From contig NC_135819.1 in the NCBI RefSeq assembly GCF_964213995.1, positions 61,566,001 through 61,630,000 of the forward strand: a DNA stretch of 64,000 nucleotides. Reading direction: 5' to 3'. Positions 24,801-39,800 of the stretch are shown in pieces. The notes beneath the pieces were generated by a model, which was given only the letters and a program-made list of their open reading frames with translations, was not told the DNA's origin and searched no databases. How positions within the stretch are numbered: position 1 is the stretch's first letter; each line of letters starts with the position of its first letter. A program made the position numbers and the translations under genes. Source of the stretch: Mustelus asterias (taxonomy: Eukaryota).

Positions 24801-27800
24801 CCCAGTTTCTCCAAACTAAACTCATAGCTAAAATCCCTTATACCTGGAAGCATTCTAGTAAATCTCCTCTACCCTCTCATCCGGCCTAAAATGTGATGAT
24901 GAAAACTGTACACAATACTCTGAATTATGGTCTAACCAGAACTTTGTAAATATTCAGCATAAATTTCCTGCTTTTGTACCAAATGAGGTAGAAATTGTAT
25001 TTACTTTGCTAATGACTTTCTCAGTACGTCCTGCCATTTTCAAAGATCTATATACTTGAACCCACAGGATTCCTCTGTTCCTACACACAGTTAGAATTGA
25101 GGTCTTTATTACCTCTCTCTATCCCTTTTGCCAAATTGCATCTCATACTTCTCCACATTAAATTTTAGCTGCCGCTTTTCTGCCCTCTGCTGATCTATGT
25201 CCTGTTGCAATCAACTAGTATCATCCTCATTCACCTCCACACCTCCAAATTTGGTATGATTTAATGCATGAAATATTTGAAGACCAAGTGAATGATGTTT
25301 AGGAAGCCAAAGGAAAAAATCCTCAGTTATCAAACTAACAGGTTTTCTGTTTCACTGTAGCCGAAGAGGAGAGATTCTTGGTAGCCGCAAGGATTTTCGA
25401 ATGAATACGTGTACCCCTCACGCCACAGGTGCCTTCATGTTGGAACTGGCCAATGTGTCACCAATGAGCTATCTGAACAGGCAACAGCAGGACAATGCAG
25501 AGCACAACAGAAACGGTAATTAACTGTGTGTCAATGAACACTTTACCCATTGTCATGTTGCGGGCTCTTGCTGTGAGTGAGTCAGTGTGTCGTTGATTCC
25601 AGTATTGTTCTGTGCTGAACAGAGTGTTGTTGGAGCATGGATGGTTTGCTGTAGGGATTCATTGAGACAGAGACCATTTCATCTTTTAAAGGAAAAGTAG
25701 GTTATTTATTTTTTTCAGCAAAGGAAGTTACAGAGCTAAGGGGGGTGAGCGTAACAGTGGATTGATTTGGGATTCATACAGGATTCTGGTGGGTAAGAGT
25801 GAGGCAGTGGATTTAGTTTAGGATTAATACAGGAGTTTGGGGAGGGAGCAAGGAGTAGGATTAGTTTGCGATTAAAAGAGAATTTTGGGGGAGTGAATGG
25901 GCAGTGAGATTAGTTTCTGCTTTATCTAGTGGATTCAGAGAAGGCAAAGTGAGCAAATTGGCCCGTGCTTCTAAACATTAAACAGTTCCTTGATGATTAA
26001 AAAAAACTTCAACAATACCACTTCAAATCTCCACTGTACTAATGGAATCCAGCCTGACATTCTCAAACTTAAAGTTCCTGACTACGTCTCTCTTGACACC
26101 TTTACTGGTTGCTTGTCCAACAATCAGTAATTTTCTCCAACTAGATAGTGGGAAGACAGTGGCCACCATCCCTCTTCCTGGCAACTGTCTGAAGCTGAAC
26201 CAGATCATTTGAACCATGGTACTTTGTTTTAGATTAACTTCTGGCTACAAGTCCACTTAGACAAAACTGCCTACTTCCAACTTTGTCACGTTGCCCCATT
26301 CTGAACTCTGAGCTTTTATTTACTGAAACCCTCATCAGGCCTTTATTACTTCTAAACTTCACAACTGTAATCTCTCCCAGTTGGTCTCTCATTTTCCACC
26401 CTGTTTCCTTGCGGTCACCCAGAACTCTGCTATTGTATCTTAACTTGCATCTGGTCCTTGCAAACCATTACCCTTCTGCTTACTGACCTTCACTGGCTTC
26501 CAGTCTGACAGTGTTTCAATTTTAAAGTTCTCATCCATATATTCAATTCCCTCCATGACTTTGCCTCTCCTTATCTCTGTAGGCTCCAGCCCAACCCAGT
26601 GGCTTCTGCACACCTTCATTTCTGGCATGGCGTCACATTAGCAGCCATACTTTCAGCTGCCTAGATGCCAAGCTCTGGAATTTCCTTTTGTAAACCTCTG
26701 TGAAGATAATTGGCAAAAGAAAACTAGGAGAGATTAGAATTTTCTTTTTCACTTTATTGTAACCTTGATTGCACCACCTGAAAAGGTGAACAGAAATACA
26801 TTCAATAACTCAGAAGGGAATTGGATTAGGGCGGCACGGTAGCACAGTGGTTAGCACTGCTGCTTCACAGCTCCAGGGACCTGGGTTCGATTCCCGGCTT
26901 GGGTCACTGTCTGTGTGGAGTTTGCACGTTCTCCTCGTGTCTGCGTGGGTTTCCTCCGGGTGCTCCGGTTTCCTCCCACAGTCCAAAGATGTGCGGGTTA
27001 GGTTGATTGGCCATGTGAAAATTGCCCTTACTGTCCTGGGATGCGTAGGTTAGAGGGATTAGTGGGTAAATATGTAGGGATATGGGGGTAGGGCCTGGGT
27101 GGGATTGCGGTCGGTGCAGACTCGATGGGCCGAATGGCCTCTTTCTGTGCTGTAGGGTTTCTATGTTTCTAAGATTTCTAAGATGGATTAATAATTGAAG
27201 ATAAAAATTTGCAGGGCTAAGGGAAAAGAGCAGGCATGTGGGACTAATTGGATAGCTTTTTCAAAGAGCTAGCATAGGCACGATGGGCCGAATAGTCTCC
27301 TCTGCTGCCTATGAAGCCAGTAATTATAAGGAGGGCAGATGTCTCCTGAGATTAATGCTGGTGCTTGCTGAGTGCACAGAAGGCTGTGTGGAGCATGTGA
27401 TATGGGCACAGGCAGGTTACACAACAGGAATGTGATTATTAAACTGCGCCTTACATCTTTTACAGGCCGACAGAGTTTTCCAGAAGACATGGGGATGGAG
27501 AACAGTGACTGTCAGGCTCCTGTTCCAGTACTGAACTTTTTGGATGAAGGGGGTAAGCATGTTACTCCGGAGAACTCTATGCAGCTTCTTTTTCAGGTTT
27601 AAACAGAATGATTTGGGCTGAGGAATGCAGCAATTCCTTTGCAAAGGCTACTTTGCCTCTTATGTTGAGTATATTTCAGGATTGACAGACCAATCTGGTA
27701 TTTCACACTAACTCATGCAAAATAAACAAGTGGTACATTTCACCAGGTGCATGTTACAGAGATCTCAGTGGTTATTTTCACACTAACTTAGATTGTCAAC

Positions 27801-30800
27801 TGTGTGGCCCGGAAGGTGCTGCCTCCTACTGTTCTATAGGCCAGCCACCTGCTGGTCCCTTGCATATGGAAGGGAGAATCACAGCTGAGCTTTGTTTTAT
27901 CTTTGTCTAACTTTTGTGGCCCAGTGATTAAGAACAGGATCCTTGAATGATCCTACTCTGTCCAGCATCCCCAGTTCAGGGATACTGAGCCTTGTTTTGA
28001 TGATATGCAAGCTGAGCACAATAGCAGGGTACCTGCTTTCTCGGTAATGCACTCTTGGGTAAGATCGATACAGTTCACTATTAATCACAGTGAAATACCT
28101 GATGCAGAAGGCCCTTCGTTCTCATAGGTCAGATGCCCAGTCCACAACTCTCCAGCTGAAAGTCTGGTCAACAGCCCCCAATCACCGCCCTGTTTGTAAT
28201 ATTTATTAATGATCTGGATGAGGGTATAGTTGGGTGGATTAGCAAATTTGCTGATGACACCAAAGTCGGTGGTGTGGTAGACAGTGAGGAAGGGTGTCGT
28301 AGTTTGCAGGAAGACTTAGACAGGTTGCAAAGTTGGGCCGAGAGGTGGCGGATGGAGTTTAATGCGGAGAAGTGTGAGGTAATTCACTTTGGTAGGAATA
28401 ACAGATGTGTTGAGTATAGGGCTAACGGGAGGACTTTGAATAGTGTGGAGGAGCAGAGGGATCTAGGTGTATGTGTGCATAGATCCCTGAAACTTGGGAA
28501 TCAAGTAGATAAGGTTGTTAAGAAGGCATATGGTGTCTTGGCGTTTATTGGTAGGGGGATTGAATTTAGGAGTCGTAGCGTTATGTTGCAACTGTACACA
28601 ACTCTGGTGCGGCCGCACTTGGAGTACTGTGTGCAGTTCTGGTCCCCACATTACAGGAAGGATGTGGAGGCTTTGGAGAGGGTGCAGAGGAGGTTTACCA
28701 GGATGTTGCCTGGTATGGAGGGGAGATCCTATGAGGAGAGGCTGAGGGATTTGGGATTGTTTTCGCTGGAAAGGCGGCGGCTAAGAGGGGATCTTATTGA
28801 AACATATAAGATGATTAGAGGTTTAGATAGGGTGGATAGTGATAGCCTTTTTCCTCTGATGGAGAAATCCAGCACGAGGGGGCATGGCTTTAAATTGAGG
28901 GGGGGTAGTTATAGAACCGATGTCAGGGGTAGGTTCTTTACCCAGAGGGTGGTGAGGGATTGGAATGCCCTGCCAGCATCAGTAGTAAATGCGCCTAGTT
29001 TGGGGGCGTTTAAGAGATCCGTAGATAGGTTCATGGACGAAAAGAAATTGGTTTAGGTTGGAGGGTCACAGTTTTTTTTTTTAACTGGTCGGTGCAACAT
29101 CGTGGGCCGAAGGGCCTGTTCTGCGCTGTAATGTTCTATGTTCTATGTTCTATGTTCTAACTCCAATCAACTTGCACATTTTTCTGAGCGTTTTGAATTT
29201 CTATCTCCAAGTAGTCTCCATTATAGCTGACAATGGAATATGTGTTTCCTCTCCTGGTATAGAGAAACAAGCATCCTAACTCTCCTAGTATGCAGCTGCA
29301 AAAGTAATTTAAAGTTGCTGTGGCATAACCAAACTACCAGTTAAATAAGCAGGATGTAGACATTGTAATCTGAAAGCAGATGAATCCTCCAGGTCCATGA
29401 CATTTGTTGTCTGGAAACGGGCAGACACTTGGACCAGTTTGTGTTAAAACACTTTACCCAGGTGCCCTTACTCATGACATGGACAAAGGACAAGACTCTG
29501 TCTGGGGAGCAACCCAAATTTTCTTAACAAATCCTTCACTATTCAAAAACAACTCTTAACTTCCCAGAGTAACTTAATACTTCATGCTATTTATCTGAGA
29601 TTTCTGATACCACCTGTGCCGATGATCTTGGCCGAGCTGCTGGGCCTGGTTCGCTGAGCTCTGCCATCTTCAAACCCAGGGTCATCTTGGCGAAGGTTGG
29701 TCTCGCACACCTTCTTCCATCGTCACTGGGTCTCCCCTTAGTCTTCGCTGTAGGTCGAGTCTTTGCTGGGGGTCGAGTTGAGTCTTTGCTGAGGGTGGTC
29801 TCCAGATCTCTCCTCTTATCCCCCACTTCGCACCCTTCTGGAAGATTCTCTGGCTTCCAGCCAATGAGGTCACCGGGCGGGGGTCACAGCACCGAATCGG
29901 GTTCCCAATTCCATATATGGAGAATGCCAGAGCCCCCAGGTGTCCATTCTTGGGTGTATGAGATGCACGTAGCCGCTTTCCATATAGGGTGACGGTGGGA
30001 ATCCGAGGTGCCAGAGAGTCTGGCCAAAACTGGGGAATACACGAGTACTGTCCTTATTTGCTCAGGGCTGAGCGCTTCCGGTTCCAGCTACCAGGGCAAG
30101 TCCAGGCTTGTCTCTGACCTGTGCCTGTGTTTTAAACTTGCCCTGTCTGAATTCTCAGTGGAGGCTGTTGACTGCTGTTTATTAAGCCGTTAGCCACTTG
30201 ACCACACACGCCATATCTTTTTATATCCAATTCCTCCCCCATCTCCTGAAGGACTTGCTTGAATTTAAAAGCTGGCTGAAGTCAGGCTGCCACAGGCTGC
30301 CACAACCAGCCTCAATGATCTTAAGCCCCAGAAAGAGACCAAAATCTTGGATCCTTGGATCCTGCTCCTCACCATCCAGTGCCTCCGCCAGCTGCAGTGC
30401 AATTATATCAATACCAGTTGTCCACAGTACAGGGCTCACTCGTATTACTGAGGCAAACATCTTACAACACTCAGTGAAACATTAGCTCACTCCACTCAAG
30501 CCAGGAATCACATTTGGGACCTTGCAGTATGTTCCTGAATACAGTTGTGGAACTGTTGGAATCGAGGATTGGAGCGTGTTCAGGGCTTGGAGCAGAGAGT
30601 TGGGATGGATTTGGGGCGAATGGTGGGGCCAGGGTGGCTGAGGCAGTGGGTGGGCTGTGCCCAATTCTGGTGACTTGTTTTGAATAAGTAAGTGGGTGCA
30701 TTATATTGCTTGTGTGCTCCCCCACACCCCAGTCCTGGATCTCTTTAGCTCTTTAGTTGTTTCCATTAAGAGCTGTCTGTGAGAATAATCTCGACAAAGC

Positions 30801-33800
30801 CTTCAATATATGTTCTTACCTCAGGTCCCACAGGAGGTGATGGTGATGACGACGGTGATGCCGATGGTGGTTTCTTTCCACCTTTGGTAGAGGGCGAGGT
30901 GGTTCAGGAACATATTACACATCAGAAGGTCAGTGCTGGTTTGGGATGGGGTCTGAAGAATAGAGAATGTGTACAGTAGACTGGTACTAAATTGTGTCAA
31001 CTGTTGGTATAATTCCTACTCCATGTCCCTGCAGGCTGTTGGTGAAGATCGAGGTTACATGCTGCGTCAGAGGGGGCCAACAGTGCCTGACAGGGTGCAC
31101 AGCAAGGTAATGTCAGCAAATCCTGCAAACAGTTTTCCTGTGCTTCATTTCAAAAGAGAACTGCAGAAAGTCAGAAATCACAACAGAAAAGATGAGCCCA
31201 GCTCAGTCAGCCCTGCAAAGTCCTTCTCACCAGCATCTGGGTACCTGTACCAAAATTAATGGGGCTGCTCAAAACATACCCACCAGCTGGTGTCCCAGGT
31301 ACCTCTCCCACTGGCAGGACAGACCAACCAGAGGGATTGGCTCAGGAATCCTCAATGTTGACTCCAGTTTCCGTGATCGGGTCAAACGTGGCGAAGGAAA
31401 CGGGGATGAGAAATTTCTGCCATTTGGTGAAATTCTGGACACTTGGATGAAGAATTCCACCTTTTAAAATAATTTCCCCAACTCCGTGGGTGGGGCGGTA
31501 CATGCGAGTGTGAGAGTGGGGCAGTGCAGTAGGTGTGTGACTTTGTGCCGTGCACCATCGATGTGTTTGCGTGCATGGAAAAAAGGGGGGTTTCTCTGAG
31601 TCTTCTGTAACCAGGAGGTATGAAGAGCTTGGTTGAAACCTAGTAGTTCCATCTATTTGAAGCATTTGCATTCTGCTACAGAGGATAAAAAGTGGTATAA
31701 TTACATGGTTCCTTGTCACAAAAAATTTCAAACCTTTTTGTTTTTAGCCAGTCTTGTTCTTGAGGAAGTATCCTGCTGATTAAATTAGTACTCTTCACGT
31801 TGACAGCACTTGGAAAAAGCACTGAGGGTAGCAAGGGCACTGAATGTATTCTGGGGGACTTCAATGTCCTTCACCAAGAATGGTTTGGTAGCACCCCGAC
31901 TGAGCTGGTTGAGTCCTGAAGGGGACAGCTGTGAGACCAGGCCTATGTCAGATGTCGAGTCAACCACTTTGAGGAGCAAGTCTCCTTGACCTTGCTCTTG
32001 GATATCTAGCTGTCACAGATATACCTGTCCATCACAGTGTTGATGTTCTGTGGAGAAAAGTCCTGTGTTCACACTGAAAACCCCATCGGTCATGTTGGGT
32101 GGCACTACTACTGTGATAAATGGGATAGATTTAGACCGCAGAAACTTTAAACATCCATGATGTGGACCATCATTGGCAGCAAAATTGTATTCCATCCCAA
32201 TGTGGAACCTCATGACTTGGTGTATCCTTCACCTTGCCATTATCATCAGTCAGTTCAGTGAAGAGTCGAGAAGAGCATGTCAAGAGCAGCACTAGGTGCA
32301 CCGATTGATTAGGTGTCTGCTTGATGCACTGAGGACAGGCAGCATGGTGACACAGTGGTTAGCACTACTGCCTCAGTGCCAGGGACCCGGGTTTGCTTCC
32401 AGCCTCTGTCACTGTGTGGAGTCTGCATATTCTCCCTGTGTTTGCTTGGGTTTCCTCCTGGTGCTCCGGTTTCCTCCCACAGTCCAAAGCTGTGCGGGTT
32501 AAGTTGATTGGACATACTATGTTGCCCCTTAGTGTCAGGGGGATTAGCAGGGGTACGGGTATAGGGCCTGGGTGGGATTGTTGCTAATGCAGACTCAATG
32601 GGCCAAATGGCCTCCTTCTGCACTGTAGGGATTCAATGATTCTAGATGTATACTAAACATCATGCAATTAACAAAGCTAAGCAATCCCCCAATGTACCAA
32701 GCATTTCAAAGCCACATCCAGTTATGAATGGTGGTGGATGATACAATTAAACAGTCAGGAGTTGAATATTCCTAATCTCAGCAATGGCAAGAGCCCAGCA
32801 CATGCCTGCAAAAGATTACTTTGAAGCATATGGAGCCTTCAACCAAAAATGTAGAGTAGATATCAATGTTGGCCCACTCCTGAAGTCCCCACCATCAAAT
32901 GCCAGTCTTCAACCAGTTGATTCGATCCATGTAATATCAAGAAACAGTTGAATGCATGCATGCAGCAAAATGCTATGAGCTCTGACAACATCCCGCCTGT
33001 GGTGCAGAGGTTTTATGTTCTGGGATTACACAGGCCTCTAGTCAAGGTTTCAGCTGTAACACTGCGTCTACCCGGGAAAGTAGAACATTGCCCAGGTATG
33101 TTCTGCCCACAAGAAGCAAACAAATCCATTCGAGCCAATTATCATCGTATCATTCTGCCTTTTATCATCAGCAAAGTGACTGAAGTTCTGGTCAGCAGCA
33201 CTAACAAGGCCGAGTCTATGTTTCAAGTGTACTGCATAATGTGAATTGTAATCATAGGACAATGTAACATAGAAGATGGCTGTTTGAAAGAGTCAATGAA
33301 CACGAGATATGCCAAAGGGAAATCCCAGTCAGTCCCACTTAGAAACCATAGAACCATAGAAAATTACAGCTCAGAAACAGGCCTTTTGGCCCTTCTTGTC
33401 TGTGCCGAACCATTTTTTGCCTAGTCCCACTGACCTGCACTTGGACCATATCCCTCCACACCCCTCTCATCCATGAACCCGTCCAAGTTTTTCTTATCTG
33501 GCAGCTCATTCCACACTCCCACCACTCTCTGCGTGAAGAAACCCCCCCCTAATATTCCCTTTAAACTTTTCTCCTTTCACCCTTAACCCATGTCCTCTGG
33601 TTTTTTTCTCCCCTAGCCTCAGCGGAAAAAGCCTGCTTGCATTCACTCTATCTATACCCATCAAAATCTTATACACCTCTATCAAATCTCCCCTCAATCT
33701 TCTACACTCCAGGGAATAAAGTCCCAACCTATTCAATCTCTCTCTGTAACTCAGCTTCTCAAGTCCCGGCAACATCCTTGTGAACCTTCTCTGCACTCTT

Positions 33801-36800
33801 TCAACCTTATTTACATCCTTCCTGTAACTAGGTGACCAAAACTGTACACAATACTCCAAATTCGGCCTCACCAATGCCTTATATAACCTTACCATAACAC
33901 TCCAACTTTTATACTCGATACTCCGATTTATAAAGGCCAATGTACCAAAGGCACTCTTTACGACCCTATCCACCTGTGACGTCACTTTTGGGGAATTCTG
34001 TACCTGTATTCCCAGATCCCTCTGTTCAACTGCACTCTTCAGAGTCCTACCATTTACCCTGTACGTTCTTCTTTGGTTTGTCCTTCCAAAGTGCAATATC
34101 TCACACTTGTCTGCGTTAAATTCCATTTGCCATTTTTCAGCCCATTTTTCTAGTTGGTCCAAATCCCTCTGCAAGCTTTGAAAACCTTCCTCACTGTCCA
34201 CTACACCTCCAATCTTTGTATCATCAGCAAACTTGCTGATCCAATTTACCACATTATCATCCAGATCATTGATATAGATGACAAACAACAATGGACCCAA
34301 CACCGATCCCTGCGGCACACCACTAGTCACAGGCCTCCACTCAGAGAAGCAATCCTCTACAACCACACTCTGGCTTCTTCCATTGAGCCAGTGTCTAATC
34401 CAATTTACTACCTCCCCATGTATACCTAGCGACTGAACCTTCCTAACTAACCTCCCATGAGGGACCTTGTCAAAGGCCTTGCTGAAATCCAGGTAGATAA
34501 CATCCACCGCCTTCCCTTCATCCACTTTCCTGGTAACCTCCTCGAAAAACTCTAATAGATTGGTCAAACATGACCTACCACACACAAAGCCATGTTGACT
34601 CTCCCTAATAAGTCCCTGTCTATCCAAATATTTGTAGATCCTATCCCTTATCACACCTTCCAATAACTTGCCCACCACCACGTCAAACTTACTGGCCTAT
34701 AATTTCCCGGATTTCTTTTGGAACCTTTTTTAAACAACGGAACAACATGAGCCACCCTCCAATCATCCGGCACCTCCCCCGTGAATACTGACATTTTAAA
34801 TATGTCTGCCAGGGTCCCTGCAAGTTCAACACTAGCTTCCCTCAAGGTCCGTGGGAATACCCTGTCTGGTCCTGGGGATTTATCCACTCTGATTTGCCTC
34901 AAGACAGCGAGCACCTTCCATGAACTCCCTACCTGTTTGCCCTATTTCCGTAGACTCCATGCCCGTTTCCTCAGTAAATACGGATGCAAAAAAACCATTT
35001 AGTATCTCCCCCATCTCTTTTGGTTCCATACACAGTCTACCACTCTGGTCTTCAAGAGGACCAATTTTATCCCTCACTATCCTTTTGCTCCTAACATACC
35101 TGTAGAAGCTCTTTGGATTTTCCTTCACTCTGTCTGCCAAAGCAACCTCATGTCTTCTTTTAGCCCTCCTGATTTCCCTCTTAAGTAGCTTCTTGCACTT
35201 TTTATACTCCTCGAGCATCTGATCTGTTCCTTGCTGCCTGTACATTTCATACAACTCTTTCTTCCTCTTAATCAGTGTTACAATCTCCCTCGAGAACCAA
35301 GGTTCCTTATTCCTATTTACTTTGCCTTTAATCCTGACAGGAACATACAAATTCTGCACTCTCAAAATTTCTCCTTTGAAGGCCTCCCACTTTCCATTTA
35401 CATCCTTACCAGAGAACAGCCTGTGCCAATCCACACTTCTCAGATCCCTTCTCATTTCATCAAATTTGGCCTTTTTCCAGTTCAGAACTTCAACCCGAGG
35501 ACCAGATCTATCTTTATCCATAATCAGGTTGAAACTAATGGCATTATGATCACTGGATCCAAAGTGTTCCCTCACACTCGCATCCATCATCTGCCCTAAC
35601 TCATTTCCCAATAGGAGATCCAATATCGCATCCTCTCTAGTTGGCACCTCTATATACTGATGTAGAAAATTCTCCTGAACACGTTTTACAAACTCTACCC
35701 CGTCTAAACCTTTAACAGTATGCGAGTCCCAATCTATATGTGGAAAATTAAAATCCCCTACTATCACAACTTTGTGTTTCTTGCAGTTGTCAGCTATCTC
35801 TCCGCTGATTTGCTCCTCCAATTCTCGCTGACTATTGGGTGGTCTATAATACAACCCCATTAATGTGGTCATACCTTTCCTGTTTCTCAGCTCCACCCAT
35901 AGGGCCTCTGTAGACAAGCTCCCTAATCTATCCTGCCTGAGTACCGCTGTAACATTTTCCCTGACCAACAATGCCACCCCCCCACCTTTTATCCCTCTGC
36001 CTCTATCCCGCCTGAAACATTGGAACCCTGGAACATTGAGCTGCCAGTTCTGCCCTTTCTGTAGCCAAGTTTCACTAATGGCTATAATGTCATATTTCCA
36101 TGTGTCTATCCACACCTTCAGCTCATCTGCCTTCCCCACAATACTCCTGGCATTGAAATAGACACACCTCAAAAGATTATTTCCACCACACTCAACCCTT
36201 CCCTTTGTGATTTTGCTTGAACTAACCTGTCTTTTTACCCCTGCTCCACTATCTGCTCTGGCACTCTGGTTCCCACCCCCCTGCAAATCTAGTTTAAACG
36301 CTCCCCAATAACACGAGCAAATCTCCCTGCAAGTATATTGGTCCCCTTGTAGTTTAGGTGTAACCCGTCTCTCTTGTACAGGTCCCACCTGCCCCAGAAG
36401 AAGTCCCAATGATCCAAGAATTGGAAACCTTGCCCTCCTGCACCAGTTCCTCAGCCACGTGTTCATCTGCCCAAGCATCCTACTCCTGCCCTCACTGGCA
36501 TGTGGCTCAGGTAGCAATCATAGAAACCCTACAGTGCAGAAGGAGGCCATTCGGCCCATCGAGTCTGCACCGACCACAATCCCACCCAGGCCCTACCCCC
36601 ACATATTTACCCGCTAATCCCTCTAACCTACGCATCTCAGGACTCTAAGGGGCAATTTTTAACCTGGCCAATCAACCTAACCCGCACATCTTTGGGCTGT
36701 GGGAGGAAACCGGAGCACCCGGAGGAAACCCACGCAGACACGAGGAGAATGTGCAAACTCCACACAGACAGTGACCTGAGCCAGGAATCGAACCCGGGAC

Positions 36801-39800
36801 CCTGGAGCTGTGAAGCAGCAGTGCTAACCACTGTGCTACCGTGCCGCCCAACTGTGCTACCGTGCTGCCAATCCTGAGATTACTACCCTCGGGGTCCTGC
36901 TTTTTAACTTCCTTCCAAGCTCTTTGTACTCACTCTTTAGGACCTCCTCACTCTTCCTTCCTACGTCATTTGTACCGATGTGTACCACAACATCTGGCTG
37001 ATCACCTTCCCACTTTAGAATGCTGTGCACGCGATCAGAGACATCGCTGACCTTGGCACCTGGGAGGCAACAAACCATGCGGGAGTCTCTGTCCCGACCA
37101 CAGAACCTCCTGTCCGTACCTCTGACCATTGAGTCCCCTATCACTACTGCTCTCCTCTTCTTCATCCCACCCTTTTGCGCTGTAGAACCAGACTCCGTAT
37201 CAGAGTTCCGGCTGTCGCAGCTTGTCCCAGGTAAAGCATCTCCCACAACAGTATCCAATTCAGTATACCTGTTGTGGAGGGGTATGGCCACAGGGGAACC
37301 CTGCTCTGTCTGTCCTTTCACATTGCCATTTCCTCTCCTTACAGTAACCCAATTTCCTGTGCTCTGCTGCTTAGGTGTAACTATCTCCCTAAAGCTACTG
37401 TCTATATACTTCTCATTCTCCCGAATTAGATGGAGGTCATCAAGCTCCTTCTCCAGTTCCCTAACACGCTTTGCTAGCAGCTGCAGCTGAATGCATCTTT
37501 TGCAGGTGCTGTCGTCAGGGATACCGGAGGTCTCCCTGATCTCCCACTTCCTTGCCATTTCCCCCATGTCCCTGCATTTTTTTCCCCAATTTCCTTTTCA
37601 AGGCTGTGTTGAATCTGTTTCCACTCCCTCACCAGGCAGCATTATCCAAATCCTAACCATTTGTTTCCTTATGCTGCTTCTAGTTCTTTTGCCAATCACT
37701 ATAAATCTTCATCCTCTGGTGAAATACGCTTCAGCATCTGTAAACAGTTTCTGCCTGATAAGGGAGTGAAAACAGAGTGGAAACCATTTTTGGGTCCAGC
37801 AGGAATTGTATCTAATTCTGGACACCACATTTTATGAAGAACTTGAAGACTTTGGACAAAGAAAAGATTTACTAGAATGATTCTGGGGTTTGTTCTGGGG
37901 TAAAGGATTATAGTTACGTGAATAGGCTGGAAAAGCTTTCTTTTTAGAATAAAGGAGGCCAATAAAACCATAAAGGTGGCTTCTGCATGTCATCCATATT
38001 TCTGAGCCATCTTGAAGAGTTAGGTGGAAGACTGACTTATACGCGATTCTCTTCTGAGTGTGTGAAGATGACATTAACACATACTGAGCCACAAGCGATC
38101 TCAGTTTTGTTTTCTTGGATTTCAACCAGTTGAGGTTGAAAAGTTTTCTGTCCATCCTGTAGACGATGTCCATTCCGCTGGGAAGCTTGTTCTTGACAAG
38201 GTGAAGGATGGTGGTGATGGAGAAAAGGGTGGGGGGCAATAACACATCCCTGCTTGACTCCAGACTTGATATCAAAGATTTCTGTCCTTATTTCTGTTGG
38301 TAAGAACTGCTGCTAACATCTTTTTGTGGAGGAGTCGGAGGATGTTGATGAATTTCTTTGGACAGCCAGCCTTTAACAGGGTCTTCCATAGGAATTCCCA
38401 ATGGACTGAGTCAAAAGCCTTGATCAAATCAATGAAGGCCATGTAGAGTGGTTGAAGTTGTTCCTGGCATTTCTCTTGAAGCTGTCGAGCAGTGAAAATC
38501 ATGTTTGCTGTTCCACAGTTTGGTCGGAAGCCACGCTGGCTTTCTGGAAGGATTTCTTCAGAGACTGGGAGAAGGTGGCTAATGAGGATTTGGGTGATTA
38601 TCTTCCCAGTGATGGAGAAAATATGGAGACAAGTGCTGAAGATTGATCTGGTGGGGCCTTGAACACAGTAATGGATTGAGTGATTGAGACAGATGCAGAA
38701 TTTAACCCAAGTAGGGTGAGATTCTCGGAGTGGAGCAGGGGGAATTTGGTGGACTCAAGCACCACTCCAGAAACTTTTGAGCAATTAATTCACTGACATT
38801 TTGGGGTATTGCTGAAGGACTGCTACACAGGAGGGCCATTGGTCATGGAGTGCTGCACTGTCAGAGGGATGTGCTGTCTTAATCCTTCAATTAACATCAA
38901 AACCAGTTAATCTGATCATGTATCTCCTTGCTGTTTATGGATCTTGCTGTCTGCAAATAGCTGGCACGTTGAATACAACTATCTAAATGCAAGTTCTCTT
39001 TCTCTTACTGATTGTTATTCTTGCTTCTTTGCGTATAGGAAGTGCTCGACCCTTGGAGGAGCCTGGATCCTTTTGAAGCCACAGAAGACAAGCCATTCAA
39101 GAAAGGTACTTTATTGAATATGCCCAGATTCCATCTCAACAATGCCAGAGCTCTGTTGAGAGGGAGGAAATCCAGGCATGGAGACTTAACCTCAAACAGC
39201 GTTTCTTAGATTCAACAGGGAATATCAATGGCCTTTTCAAGGGGCAAGCTGGGGTGGGGTAATGACCGAGTGGCAGCTGTCTGATTGTTCCATCATTCTC
39301 TGTATATGCCTTTCCCCCTGCCCGCCTGTTATATCTACTTCAAGGAACACCATGATTGAGATTTGAGCACTTCTGTTGCTAACCTGTACCTCAATTACCC
39401 TCTTTTTAAATTGCTGATCACGTTGGCAGAACGGTGTACAGGCTAGCAGAGAGTGAGTTGCAGTTTGCAGTAAAACACTTGTGTGAATGCAGCTGTGTAG
39501 TGCCAATGAGAAGGTGCAGCTGAACAGTTCGAGGAGGTGAGAACTATCAGATTGGGAAGGATAGTCTGCGCCTGACTGCAGAGCATTTGTATTAGTTCCC
39601 CTGTTACTAGTTATTATCTCACCTGGAGAGTCTATGTGAGGGAGTTTGGGCTGAGAGTGATGCTGAACCAGGGAGGATACTACAGCTGAGTCTGCCTTAC
39701 TGCAAGCACCTTCTAGAACAGTGATTGGAAGATGACCACCATCTCAAATTTAGAACTAGGTTGTTCAAAAATGATGTCAAGAAGCACATTTGGAGCATCG

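Noticed and set aside
26828-26905. tRNA-like sequences with A and B boxes
   Set aside because: They are SINE heads continuing into V-core and LINE tails, not tRNA genes
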